From: Azolla caroliniana
Taxonomy: Eukaryota; Plantae; Polypodiophyta
Direction of reading: 5' to 3'
NCBI GenBank assembly: GCA_043228905.1
Contig: JBHGNT010000014.1
Coordinates: 2,356,001-2,420,000, forward strand
DNA: 64,000 nucleotides
The position numbers and the translations under genes were made by a program. Each line of letters opens with the position of its first letter. Position 1 is the first letter of the stretch. Shown here in pieces: positions 48,097 to 60,690 of this stretch. The notes under the pieces are model-generated. The model was given only the letters and a program-made list of their open reading frames with translations, was not told where the DNA came from and did not search any database.

Positions 48097-48264
48097 TGTC
48101 GAATACAAGTGTATAATGGACGTATTCACACTATCCCTTTAGGCCATTTGTGTAATTAGCATAAAGGGTAGTTGCCCTAAGTCGGTCACTATATATATTG
48201 ACCTTGTAACCTTTTTGTAAGGTTGGGTGTTGTATTATTGCTTTGTGGAATAAGAAAGTCTTTT

Positions 48265-48305
<41 letters not shown>

Positions 48306-51300
48306 AACGACCTAGAAACTGTCATACGCAGGTATTCAAACACCAATCGAATGCTTCTTGATCTTCCGCATAGACGACCTCGTCCCCAACATCTGGTATC
48401 AGAGCCTGCACAGTAGTCGGTCCTTCAATCTGCTGTCGGCCGTCGTCTCAGCCTGCACAGCATTCGGTTTCCTGCGTCATTCGAAGAAGAGAGAAGAAGA
48501 AGAGAAACGAGGCTTGCATCTCATCGCGTTAGATCATCTTCGCTTGGAGTAAGCCAGTAGGTTGTACTCTGTCCCTTGTGATCGTAACCACTCGAGGTGA
48601 AATCCCCTTGTGCAACATTGACACGATCGTGCTCCACCCGGTTAAACGGCATCCGAAGAGGTAATCAAAGGCCGCTCGTTGTAACCACTCGGTGCAGATC
48701 GGTCTCAAGACAACAACCCCAAATTCGTGCTTCATCTGGCTGATCGACATTCGGGAGGATCAGTTGGATCCGTCTCTCTCGTTGCTGCAGTCAACCGAAG
48801 CAGAATCGGTCCAGATAATCGGTTTCAATAATCGGTATTCGGCATATATATCCGAAGCGAACCGGGCTCACTCCGACTCGGCAACATTCGGGAAGACCAG
48901 TCGGTTCTGTCCCTCAAGCTACCGGAGTCAATTCGAGCAAGTTCCGAAGCCGAACCGACTCGGGTTCAAATCCGACTAGAGCGATATCGGGTGAGCCAAC
49001 CGGCTGCACTCCAACAAGGCTCGTAGTCAACTCCGAACCGAGCTTCGTCAACCGAAACCAAATTTGATGGCATCAACATCCGGCTCGTCAGAAATGAGTC
49101 TACGAAAGTTCGATGGATCGAACTTCAACTTCTGGAAGGAACAAATGCAGGACTATCTCATAGTCAAGGGGCAAATCGATCCCATCGAAAATGAAGAACC
49201 TCCAGAAGGATACAAACCAATTGAGTGGCAGAAGCTGGACAGAATCGTCCGCGCCACGATTCGGATGCACCTATCGGAATCGGTATACTTTACGGTGCAA
49301 TCGTGTACGACAGCATTTGAACTGTGGAAAACACTGTCGGACACTTACGAAAAGAAGGTCGCCGCAACAAAGATGTTTCTGATCCGGCGCCTCTACAACT
49401 TGCGGATGAAAGAATCCGACTCGGTTCAAGCACACCTCAATGAGTACGAAAGCATAAGCTCCCAAATCTCGTCACAGGGGACGGCAATCGAGGATGAACT
49501 CAGAGCAATGATACTCATGAGCAGCCTTCCCTCATCATGGGAAACTTTCGTTACAACCGTGTGCAACGCGTCAACCACGGCTGTTAAATACTCCGAAGTC
49601 ACGAGCGCAATCCTGACCGAAGCAGCTCGGAGAAAGTCTTTCGCCAAAGACTCAACAGACGACGCTTATGTAGTACAAGGTTCGACAGACCGATCGAACA
49701 TACGAGGAAGAGATTCCTCACGACCGCCGAACAATCAACGAAGACGGAGCCAGTCACGGGATAATCGAATCTGCAACTATTGCAAGAAACCCGGACACAT
49801 CAAAGCCGACTGCCGCGCACTCAAGAACAAGAACAACAAGAAGAGTGGCCGGCATGAGGAGATCAATTACGTCAGCTTCTCAGCTGATGTGCTACCAAAC
49901 GACCCGAATATACTATCAATCGAAAATCCAGTCGGATCAGAAGTTCTGCTCACGACTGAAGAATCGAGCACATGGCTCTTAGATTCGGGTGCGTCATTTC
50001 ACGTGACTCCTCATCGATCCCAATTTCGGCAATATACGATCCGTCACTCCGACTCAGTTCGAGTCGGCAACTCACAACACTGTGACATCATCGGAATCGG
50101 CACAGTAGAGCTCAACCTTGCAGGTGGCTCTACACTTGTACTCCACAATGTCCGACATGTACCCGAGCTCTCAAGGCCATTGATCTCAGTCGGACAACTA
50201 GATGAAGACGGCATTCGTGCCGGTTTTTCTTCGGGAGGGTGGACACTCCACAGGGGGAACCTCCTGCTTGCTAGAGGACCCAAGATACACTCACTGTATC
50301 CGTTACATGTTACGCTCAGAGAGGGTAACCTGTTTTTGGTGGATATTCCTGTGTCATCACTATGGCACAGAAGATTAGGACACCTCAGCAAGGCCGGCAT
50401 TACGCATCTATCTAGAGCCGGATACATCCCTAAACTCTCCTTCTCCGACCATCAATTCTGCGAGCATTGCCAGTATGGCAAACAAGCAGCCGCATCACAC
50501 CCGACATCAGCACCAAGAGAAACGAGACCTCTCGATTTGGTCCACTCGGACGTCTGTGGCCCAATGCCGCATCAGTCTCTCGGCGGTGCCTCTTACTTCG
50601 TCACTTTTATTGACGATTCGACTCGAAAGGTGTGGGCGTATCCAATTCGCACCAAAGATCGTGTCTTCTCGATCTTCTCAGATTGGCTCGCTATGGTAGA
50701 AAATCAAACTGACCGAAAACTGAAATGCTTTCGGACCGACAATGGGGGAGAGTTCAAATCAGAAGAATTCGTCAAATTCTGCCGACAACGCGGCATCCGA
50801 CGTGAATTTACGGCACCACACAGTCCGGAGCAAAACGGGATTGCAGAACGAATGAATCGGACAATCCAAGAAAGGATAGTTTCCATGCTCCAACACTCCG
50901 GACTGTCGGATGGCTTCTGGGCAGAGGCTCTACTCACGGCAGTACACATAATCAATATGTCGCCAAGTAGACCTCTAGGACTTCAAATTCCTCAGGAACT
51001 ATGGATCGGCAGTAAGCCGAATTACGACAAGCTGAGGATCTTCGGATGCGAGGCGTACGCCCTTATTCCGAAAGATGATCGCCGAAAACTTGCACCTCGG
51101 TCCAGGAAATGCATTTTCCTTGGATATGGATCAGACGGCGAAATGGGATACCGACTCTGGGACCCCGAACGCAGACAAATCGTTCGAAGTTCGGACGTTG
51201 TGTTCAACGAGTCGGCTATGAATCCATCAGTCGAAAAACCGATCGAAGTCCGAAGGGTAACATTTTCCGATGTGCCGACCCTTCAAGAAGGCCCCGCTCT

Positions 51301-53572
51301 CAACACACGGTCAGCTTCACGGGTAGCTGAACCTTACACTACCGACTCGGACAACTCCGACTCGGCACAGCAGAACAATCCGCTTTCGGACCATCCGACC
51401 ACGATACCCGATGCGACCAGTCCAATCATACCTCGACGATCCGAGAGACTGTCGCAACCTCCGGAGAGGTACTCTCCTGGAATTTTCTTCACCGACGCCG
51501 GCGAACCGACGTCTTACGAAGAAGCATCGACATCTGTCGATTCAGCCACCTGGCATCTGGCGATGGAGTCGGAAATGCACTCCATTCGGGCAAACAAGAC
51601 TTGGGATCTGGTCGAATTACCTAAGAACCGACGTGCTCTTCCTTGCAAGTGGGTTTATCGACTAAAAGAGACGTCTGATTCGACCACCCCAAAGTACAAG
51701 GCCAGATTAGTTGCGAAGGGCTTCCGACAAGAATATGGCGTCGACTTCGACGAGATTTTTTCACCAGTGGTGAAAATGACAACCCTTCGTTTTCTACTCG
51801 GCGTAGTGGCAGCCGACAACTTGGAGCTGATTCAGCTAGATGTCAAAACAGCCTTCCTCCATGGTGATCTCGAGGAGGAAATTTATATGGAGCAGCCAAA
51901 AGGCTTCGTGGCAACTGGCCAAGAACATCTAGTCTGCCGACTCAGGAAGAGTCTATACGGCCTCAAACAGGCACCACGACAATGGTACAAGAAGTTCGAC
52001 GACTTCATCCAATCGATCGGCTTCTCCAAAAGCGATGAGGACCATTGTCTCTTCACCAACACAGCTCAAGATGGATCACCCATCTTCCTCATCATTTACG
52101 TGGACGACATGCTAATTTCTGGACGCCACGCGGGCGAACTTGCCGATCTCATTCGGCAACTGCGGTTGAAGTTTGCCATGAAGGACCTCGGTCCGGCACG
52201 ACACATACTTGGCATGAAGATTAGTCGGCATCGCGACAAACGACATCTTTTTTTGTCTCAGACCGACTATATCGGACGTGTCTTGGAATGCTTCAACATG
52301 CAATCAGCCAAATCTGCTTCAACCCCGCTCCCAATGAATCTTCGGCTCTCTCAGCGAGACTGCCCGACATCCGGCCCGGAGGGGGAAGATATGAAGTCGG
52401 TACCGTATGCACCGGCAGTCGGCTCCCTTATGTACCTGATGGTCGCGACACGGCCTGATATTTCTCATGCCGTAGGAGTCGTTAGCAGATTTATGCACAA
52501 TCCTGGCCGATCGCATTGGAACGCAGTCAAGCATGTGTTCAGATATCTGGCTGGCACAAAAGACCATGGCATTCTTTTCGGTCCGAACCGAACCTCAGGC
52601 GTAGTCGGTTACACCGACTCGGACTTCGCCGGCTGTATAGACAGTCGGAAATCAACAACCGGATACTGCTTCAAATTCGGCAATGGAGCAATCTCGTGGA
52701 AGTCGAAACTTCAGGAGTGCACAGCGACCTCAACGACCGAAGCAGAATATGTAGCTGCGTCCGACGCAGCAAAAGAAGCTTTGTGGCTCGGTCGGCTGGC
52801 GCACACGTTTCGACAAGTCGACCATGACTCGGCTCCAGTTGTCTACAGCGACAGTCAAGGTGCTGTTGCCTTGTCGAAAAATCCGGTTCACCACAACGCC
52901 TCCAAACATATCGACGTTCGATATCACTTCGTTCGGGACTGCGTCATTTCAGGGAAAATCGGTCTAGAGAAAATATCCACAACCGACAATGTCGCAGATG
53001 GAATGACCAAGTGTCTTTCGGCAGACCGCTTTCGGTTTCTTCGGCATCAGATGGGCGTAACGACAAACCAGTCCGGTTAGAGCCGGACACAGAGCAGGAT
53101 GGTTCCCGACAACCGACATCAGTTCCTTAATGATCGGCTTCAACTGTTCCGACCCGACCAGTTCGGTCTTCTGCCTTCGGACCCTGCCGACTCGAACAAA
53201 GCTGATATGTCCGAGAACCTAAGTCTATACCTGTAATCTTAGATAACCCATGTATACGCCCATTACGGGGGAGTGTCGAATACAAGTGTATAATGGACGT
53301 ATTCACACTATCCCTTTAGGCCATTTGTGTAATTAGCATAAAGGGTAGTTGCCCTAAGTCGGTCACTATATATATTGACCTTGTAACCTTTTTGTAAGGT
53401 TGGGTGTTGTATTATTGCTTTGTGGAATAAGAAAGTCTTTTTGTGTGTGTGTGTGTGTGTCTCTCTCTCTCTCTCTCTCTCTGTGCAACGACCTAGAAAC
53501 TGTCATACGCAGGTATTCAAACACCAATCGAATGCTTCTTGATCTTCCGCATAGACGACCTCGTCCCCAACA
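48097..53572 (+). mobile_element. Young intact Ty1/Copia element E
   Basis: LTRs 48097-48391 and 53274-53572, identical except for a microsatellite; TSD AGTTC; PBS TGGTATCAGAGC at 48394-48405; PPT ACGGGGGAG. Confidence 0.97.
49067..53080 (+). CDS. Intact Copia gag-pol polyprotein (~1337 aa)
   Basis: Single ORF: gag, CNYCKKPGHIKADC, WLLDSGASFH, LWHRRLGH, VHSDVCGP / TDNGGEF / NGIAER, YVDD, YTDSD...ADGMTK. Confidence 0.97.
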   Translation: MASTSGSSEMSLRKFDGSNFNFWKEQMQDYLIVKGQIDPIENEEPPEGYKPIEWQKLDRIVRATIRMHLSESVYFTVQSCTTAFELWKTLSDTYEKKVAATKMFLIRRLYNLRMKESDSVQAHLNEYESISSQISSQGTAIEDELRAMILMSSLPSSWETFVTTVCNASTTAVKYSEVTSAILTEAARRKSFAKDSTDDAYVVQGSTDRSNIRGRDSSRPPNNQRRRSQSRDNRICNYCKKPGHIKADCRALKNKNNKKSGRHEEINYVSFSADVLPNDPNILSIENPVGSEVLLTTEESSTWLLDSGASFHVTPHRSQFRQYTIRHSDSVRVGNSQHCDIIGIGTVELNLAGGSTLVLHNVRHVPELSRPLISVGQLDEDGIRAGFSSGGWTLHRGNLLLARGPKIHSLYPLHVTLREGNLFLVDIPVSSLWHRRLGHLSKAGITHLSRAGYIPKLSFSDHQFCEHCQYGKQAAASHPTSAPRETRPLDLVHSDVCGPMPHQSLGGASYFVTFIDDSTRKVWAYPIRTKDRVFSIFSDWLAMVENQTDRKLKCFRTDNGGEFKSEEFVKFCRQRGIRREFTAPHSPEQNGIAERMNRTIQERIVSMLQHSGLSDGFWAEALLTAVHIINMSPSRPLGLQIPQELWIGSKPNYDKLRIFGCEAYALIPKDDRRKLAPRSRKCIFLGYGSDGEMGYRLWDPERRQIVRSSDVVFNESAMNPSVEKPIEVRRVTFSDVPTLQEGPALNTRSASRVAEPYTTDSDNSDSAQQNNPLSDHPTTIPDATSPIIPRRSERLSQPPERYSPGIFFTDAGEPTSYEEASTSVDSATWHLAMESEMHSIRANKTWDLVELPKNRRALPCKWVYRLKETSDSTTPKYKARLVAKGFRQEYGVDFDEIFSPVVKMTTLRFLLGVVAADNLELIQLDVKTAFLHGDLEEEIYMEQPKGFVATGQEHLVCRLRKSLYGLKQAPRQWYKKFDDFIQSIGFSKSDEDHCLFTNTAQDGSPIFLIIYVDDMLISGRHAGELADLIRQLRLKFAMKDLGPARHILGMKISRHRDKRHLFLSQTDYIGRVLECFNMQSAKSASTPLPMNLRLSQRDCPTSGPEGEDMKSVPYAPAVGSLMYLMVATRPDISHAVGVVSRFMHNPGRSHWNAVKHVFRYLAGTKDHGILFGPNRTSGVVGYTDSDFAGCIDSRKSTTGYCFKFGNGAISWKSKLQECTATSTTEAEYVAASDAAKEALWLGRLAHTFRQVDHDSAPVVYSDSQGAVALSKNPVHHNASKHIDVRYHFVRDCVISGKIGLEKISTTDNVADGMTKCLSADRFRFLRHQMGVTTNQSG

Positions 53573-55339
53573 AGTTCGACCAGTTCCCATGTCTAATTCT
53601 TGTGAATCAAGTCCATTTCGGATTTCATGGCTTGCAACCATGTATTGGTATCCGTTGTGGCCATACCTTCTTCATAAGTGCTTGGTTCTCCAACATTGGT
53701 TTAGTTGACGTAGTCGAGGCACGGTTGAAAAAACTCTATTGGCCTTTGAGCTCGTCCAGATCTCCTGGGTGCCGAGATAAGTGGTTCAGATTCTTCGATC
53801 GATATTTGTTGAACCATTTGTGTTAGGAGTCTTGTTAGGTGACCCGCCCCCAAGATTGGATTTCGGTGGTGTCACGTTATCCTCCCCTATGGACTTTGTC
53901 GACTCGATTCTGTTTCCTACTCGCATCTTGTTGACTTTGCCTTGTTCAACTTTAGACGAATCGGCTCAATCTTTGATGGCTTTGCCTTCGAGTTCGACTA
54001 GTGGACTTCCTACCAATTCAGAGTCGGTAAGTATGTTGTCCGGCTTGGTCGAGTCCGACCGTTCTGCCACTCCATTCTGTATGGGTGTGTAAGGAACGAT
54101 CCTTTGATGCAGGATCCCTTTGTCAGAAAGGTACTGTTTGAAGGCTCTGGTGGTATATTTTCCTCCGTTATCGTATCAGAGTGTTTCTCTCTGTGTCCCA
54201 ACCAGTTCTCCACTTCAGATGTCCACTGAGTGAAGACCTCAAGCGCTTAGTCTTTGGACTTGATGGAGAAGGCCCGAACCTTCCGTGTACAATCATCTAC
54301 AAAGGTGATGAAGTACCGGGAGCCTCCTAATGATCGCTCTGGCATGGGCCCACATATATCTGTGTGCACGAGCTCTAGGGGTTGTTGTATCGTCTCGCAG
54401 TGGAGAGTGTGCGGAGTTCGAGTCTGTTTCCCGTATCAGCAATGCTTGCAGAAGTTCGTCTTTGCTTGGAGTTTAGGGATGTAGCCAACCGCCGATCAAG
54501 TCCGGCTTGAGACATATGGCCGAGTCGGCCATGCCATAAGTTCGGGTCAGTCTTTTCGGCCACATTCATGGCCGCTTCTAGATTGATCGCCAAGTCCGGC
54601 TTGAGACATATGGTTGAGTCAGCCATGCCATAAGTTCGGGTCGGTCTTTTCGACTACATTCATGGTCGCTTCTGGATTGATCGCCATTAATGGGTACAAG
54701 TTATTGTACTTGTGCCCACCTCCTATCTTCAAGTTTCCTCGGTTGATCATCCATGTTGATTCACTGAGAGTCGTTTTTTACCCATCTTCGGCTAACATGC
54801 CGATGGAGATCAGACTCCTTTTTAGATCGGGTACGTGTCGCACTCGGTGCAGAATGATCATGTTGCCATTTCGCAATCTAATGGGAACCTCTCCGGTCCC
54901 TATGATTTTGCATTCATGCCCGTTGCCTAGTCGGATTGTGCCACTGGCGTCGACTGAATAGTTCCAAAACCAATCAATATTAGGGGTCACGTGAAATGTG
55001 GCACCAGAATCCAATAACCACGTGTGTGCATCTTGTGCACTTTAGAGGACTTCTCCGATCACTGAATCCTGTAAGGAAAGGATTTCTCCTGATCGGGTGT
55101 CGGCAACATTGATTTGGTTGCCTATAGGAGAGTGGTCCAAGTCGGGTCGTCCTCGATTCTATTTGGAACGCCGACCACTCTCTTTCCTCTTGATTGAAAT
55201 TTTCTGCAGTCGGAAACATTGTGGCCAAAGTTTCTGCAATGTGTGCAGAATTCACCTGATCGGCCCGTTCTCGACTTCGACCGTTGATAGTCTCCCCTCG
55301 TCTTCGATCGGTTGGTGTTACGACCGGTTCTGTCGGCTT

Positions 55340-56440
55340 GTATTAATGGAACTCGGTGTAGGGTTTTTATGGGCACTTACTTGGTATACTTGGCACCTAG
55401 GTTTATGTGGACAATTTACAACTATATGTCCTGGACCGCCACAATACAGGCAGAGGCGATGTGCTCGACGTCGTTGCTTCTCAGCATCTAATAACGGCCC
55501 ACTTTGTTGTGTTGACTCTATTTCCATTGGAGTTGGGTCATCCCTTGTAATGGGTCTAGAGACTTGTGGAGCCTTTGTGACTACGGAAGTGTAAGTCTGT
55601 TCAAGTTGGTGGTGTAACATTTGTTGGCGCTCAGAATGTCGCTCAAATAGGCGATTATCACATCGCATGACTCGACTAATGGCGTCTGTAAGCGACTTCG
55701 TATCTTCAAGGAAAGTAAGAAGAAGATCTTTGACATCATTTCACAAACCTTGATGGAATTGATCCATTAAGGCCACCTCATCCCGAGGGATATCGCATGC
55801 CAAGAGACGGAAATCGGCTACGTAAGCTGACGCGGGACGATCTCCTTGTCGGAGCCTAGTGATGTCAGTGTCTCCGAAACTAGCTTGAAACTCTTTAACA
55901 AATGCCTCGAAATCCTCCATAAATGGTGATTTCTTCTCGAGAAGTTGTGTGAACCATGCTAATGTCGTACCACATAGTAAATTTCTGACTAATCCCACAC
56001 GAGCAATGTCGGTTGGATACCGATTGGGATGTAGCTGAATAACCAGACGAACATGATTCAAAAAACCTCGAAATAAAGACCTTGTACCATCAAACTTGGC
56101 GGGGAGGCTAATCTTTGGCTCTCTAAGGGAGTTCTGAGCCCCCAACACTTGTTCTCGTAATGACAATATAATCGCCTCGAGTTGATGAACCCACTGTGAT
56201 AACTCTTCATACTATTGAGCTTTTTCGGTGCTCACTTGTTGTAGGTCTCCAAGTAGCCTTTGATTCTCATGCTCTAATGCCACAAATTTATTCGTGAGCA
56301 TGTCGAGATCAGAAAGAACACACATGTATTCTTGTTTGCTCACGGACTCCATAGCTTATGAGGGGAGAGGAGAAGGAAGAAGAGAACTTGTTAGGGTTTG
56401 TGGAAGATGAAGAAATGAAAGAAAATTTGGTTCAAACTGT

Positions 56441-56481
<41 letters not shown>

Positions 56482-56899
56482 AAGAAGAGAGAGAGAGAGA
56501 AAGAAGATAGAGAGATAATTGAAAGGAATTATTATATTGAAGAGTAAATGGATTACAAAGAGTAGGCAACAAAGTACTACAAAATGGCGTTGAACCAATT
56601 TAGGTTTGGGATAAGTAATAGAGAACACTCTAGAATATTCTAGGTTATCCTAGAATGTAGAGTACTCTAAAATATTCTAGAAGGTTCTAGTGTATAGAAC
56701 ACTCTAGAATATTCTAGGTCATTCTAGAATGTAGAGTAATATAGAATATTCCTATGATATTAGATTTCATATTCTAAAAATTATACATACAAGAATATTA
56801 ATACAATGGCTAAGGATTTGACATGTGTACAACAAGGTCGTGGGTTCAAATCCTTTAGAGGCATAATGTGAGTGTCATGATGTGAGTGTTATCATGACA
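55340..56899 (-). mobile_element. 5' part of a second, older Tcn1-like chromovirus (LTR 56438-56899, decayed gag 55340-56352)
   Basis: gag homologous to 40190-41380 (MESVSKQEY, EPKISLPAKFDGTRS, CLYCGGPGH); LTR TGTCA...TGACA followed by GTTTGAACC as in the intact element. Confidence 0.9.
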
Positions 56900-56952
56900 T
56901 GTGGAAATTGCAAAATACATCGTTTGTAAATGTCTTACAAACGGTTTGTAGA

Positions 56953-59900
56953 TGTTAACGCACAGAAGCGTTAGACAGAACCGGCTCAACCGGATAGCAA
57001 CAGAGAATAAGATGAAGGTTTAATGGAGAAACTTAATACACAGAGAATACACGTGAGAGAGAGAGAGAGCAGAATATAAACTTAATTCAAAATAACACTC
57101 TGAAAACTCTGTGTACATACAACGTGCATAAAGGACTGACAAAAGTACTAACAAGTATTTCAATATTCCTACGTGCGACTGACACTAACTACGAGACAAT
57201 GATTACCTAGTAGTCTAGGCTACTACTAGGCTTCCGGTTCTCGCTTGAATCCGTCTCCCCGATCCGGTCGGTTGTTTTCGGATACCGATCCAGCTCATCC
57301 TTCCGGATGCCGATCCGGCCCAGGCTTCTTCAGTCGATCCAGATCCAGTGGAGTTGGCTCACTCAACACTACCCCTCAAGCTCAACTTGAGGTCTGATCA
57401 TGGTGTTAGTGTTCGTCGCAGCCGGTCCTTCCAGTTGACTCCTGCTAGCATCATCACGCCTTGCTCGCGCTCCTCATCCGGTCCGGTTCCACTTCCCGCG
57501 ACCCGTCCGGTACTGCGTGCCTCGACCTCCTCGGTCGGCTTGTCTGCTCAACAGGCCCATTTCAGCTCCCTCATTGTTGTGACTCCAGCGCTTGTCAACC
57601 CGTCAATTCCTTCGTGTTGGCGTCAACTTCCGCGGCGTCCATGTCCGCTTGGCCTTTAGTTGATCCGGCTTCTCCGAATCTTGAACCGAATCAGTTTCCT
57701 TCAATTCATTCCAGCTCTTGTCTGAATCGGTGTTCTCCAACTCGTCTTCTAGTTTCAGTCCCTTCACCATATGAGACCATGTCCGGGTCTTGGCCTTCTT
57801 CCTCTGGTCGGCTCTATCCTTCTTGACTCTGCCGCCGCTGCCGCTCGTTCCAACTTGTTCGGATGTGCCGACTTCCTTCGTCGACTCGGCTTCCTTTTTC
57901 CCTTTGTCTCCCCCTTTGTTGGTTCTTTCTTCCTCTCCGACTCCTTGTCCGGTGCCATCCGTTCCCTTTCCTTTTCTCCCCCTCAAGTGTGGCACGTCGA
58001 GATGTTGAACACCAAGCATTTCGGTGAAGTGTTGCAACTTGTCCGATCCAAGCGGTTTGGTGAAGATATCGGCAACTTGCCGATCTATCTGAACATACTG
58101 AAGTTCAACTTCACCGCTCAAAACCCGCTCACGCACAAAGTGATAGTGGACTTCTATGTGTTTCGTCCAAGCATGGAACATGGGGTTCTTGGCAAGCTGT
58201 ATGTTGCTCATGTTGTCGCAGTAGATTAGGATCGGGATTGGCACCTCAATCTGGAGATCTCACAGCAGTCTCTGAAGCTAGATGGTTTCATAGGTGGCAT
58301 TGGTAGTGCCCCGATACTCAGCCTCAATGCTCGACAGAGCCACTATTGGCTGCTTTTTGCTGCTCCACGCAACAGCCGCGCTACCTAGAGAAAACATGTA
58401 ACCGGACGTGGATCGGCGATCCGATGCATCACCGGCCCAGTCGACATCTGTATATCTGACTAGCTCTTTGGTTATACCATGCCGGTATAAGAGTGTCGGC
58501 CCTTTGTGCCGCTCACATACCACAATATTTGATGTGCGCACTGAAGGTGATCCACGATTGGCTTATCACACCGACCTGATAACTTATGTCGGGTCGGGTG
58601 ATTGTCAAGTATATCAGGCTTCCGACAATTTGTCGAAACCATTTCTCATCGCAGGTTGGTTCGAAGTTGGGACGGAGCTTCTGGTTCCGATCCAAGGGTG
58701 TGGAGACAGGTCGGCATTCCGTCATGCCGAACTTGTATAGCATATTCAACACATAGTGTCGTTGTGAGAGCAATATGTCGTCGGGGGTTCAGATCACCTT
58801 GATCCCAAGAAAATAATGAATGTCCCCCAGGTCCTTCATTTCAAATGCGTCTGACAGCTGGGACTTTGCTTGGCCGATTTCATTGAGTCTAGGTCCGGTG
58901 ATGACTAAATTATCAACATAAAGTAGGATGCAAACCAGACCATCCAGACCTTGCCAGATGAACAACGATGAGTCGGATTTAGAGGTCACAAACCCCATCT
59001 TATGCAACCGGTGCGTGATCTTCGCATTCCAAGCTCGAGGGGCTTGTTTCAGACCATAAAGCGACTTCTTAAGCCGGCAGACCACCGACTTGTTCATCTC
59101 TGACTGAAAACCAAGAGGTTGGATCATATAGACCCGTTCTTCAAGGTCACCTTGAAGTAACGCATTCTTCATGTCCATCTAGTGAAGAAGCCACCCCCTT
59201 GCCGTAGCAACCGCCAGTACCACACGAACCGTCGTCATCTTCGCTACCGGAGCGAAGGTCACATTGTAGTCAATTCCGTGGGTCTGTGCATATCACTTCG
59301 CCACTAACCAGGCCTTGTACTGGTTAACCAAACCGTCGGCATTGTACTTTACCTTGTACTCCCATTTGCAACCGATCGGTTTACAATGTCGGGGAGGGTC
59401 AACGAGGTTCCATGTGTCGTTGGCATCGAGTGCCTGCATTTCTTCCTCCATAGCGGCAGGCCAATTTGCATCCTTTGCCGCTTATGTGTAGCTCTCCAGC
59501 TCACGCACTTCCGCCACTTTGGTCATGTACGCATAGTGATGCGCCATGTACTCATTGTACCCGTACCCTGTAACGGGGTTCTTTTGGCGGGATGACCGGC
59601 GTAACTTGTCATTACCCGGTTTGAGGCCCTTCTTGGCCGATTCAGACTTCCTTTATGAAGATCCGCCTTCTTCCTTTCCGGAGTCAGATTCACTCCAATC
59701 CGACTCAATGTTGTCGATTTCGTATTCCGACATCTTCTTCTTCCCCTTCTCTTTGCGCGTGAACCTTCTCCTCGGTTCCTTGCGCGGGGAGAGCACGACA
59801 AAGTCTCCACTACTCGCTAGTTCCTCATCCGACTAGTCATCTCGACTCATCCACTCATTCGGTCCACTTAGCCGGAATGAGATCGGACTCTCTTCTAGAG

Positions 59901-60690
59901 TGAAGAGTTCTTCATCTTGTACTTGGACCTCTTTGCACTCACTAGCCTCATCTTTCGGAATCGGGAGTACCATGATGCTATCTCATCAAACTCGACATCT
60001 CGGCTTACTCGGACCTGCTTAGTCCAGGGGTATAGCCCTTATACCCCTTTTGCTCATGCGAGTAACCGACTAGGATGCACTTCTCCGACTTCGGATCCAG
60101 CTTCCTCCGCTTCTCATCCGGTACATGCACATATGCTATGCTACCGAATATCCGAAGGTGTCTCAAATTCGGCTTCCCCCTAAAATACAACTCATGTGCT
60201 GACACCTTGTCATCGATCCGGTTTTGGATGTAGACGGCCGTCCGGACCGCCCCAACCCAGTAGAAATGGGGCATGCTCTTCTCCTCTAGCATTGCCCTTG
60301 CCGCGTCGACAATCAACCGGTTCTTCATTTCAGCCACATTGTTTTGCTCCGGCGTGTATCTGCAGCTGAATTCTCTCTGAATTCTGTTCTGTTATGTTGA
60401 ATTGGCCGGAAAAGTATTCTTTTCTGCCATTTGACCGCAAGCACTTGACCTTCCTCTCCGTTTCCCATTCAACTAAGCTTTGTAAGTTCCGGAAACGTTC
60501 GAAGACTTCACTCTTCCGTTCAATGAGGTAGATCCACGTGTGCCGGTTGTAGTCATCGATGAAGAAGACGAAGTATCGACTCCCGCCTACACTAACGTTT
60601 TGTGCCGGCCCCCATACATCCGAATGGATTAGGTCGAGCTTGTTACGGCTCCGGTTTCGTTCGGTGGGGAATGGAAGCCAGTGTTGCTTC
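56953..60690 (-). mobile_element. Copia element C (minus-strand group): 3' LTR 56953-57368, PPT, decayed integrase, RT and RNase H
   Basis: ORFs 57603-60752 homologous to elements A and B; LTR similar to those at 12895 and 63449. Confidence 0.88.

Larger units (their letters stand above)
46277..55338 (-). mobile_element. Decayed Copia element D (3' LTR ~46277-46556, PPT, pol, gag C-terminus), split by element E and 5'-truncated
   Basis: TGTT...AACA LTR; ACGGGGGAG PPT; RNase H and RT pieces 46722-48090; integrase and protease pieces 53578-55020 (DSGATFHVTP, LWHGRLGH); CTHCRNFGH knuckle near 55200. Confidence 0.85.

Noticed and set aside
41586-52927. Short antisense or alternate-frame ORFs inside the two intact elements
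   Set aside because: Shadow ORFs of long coding sequences, with no independent signals.
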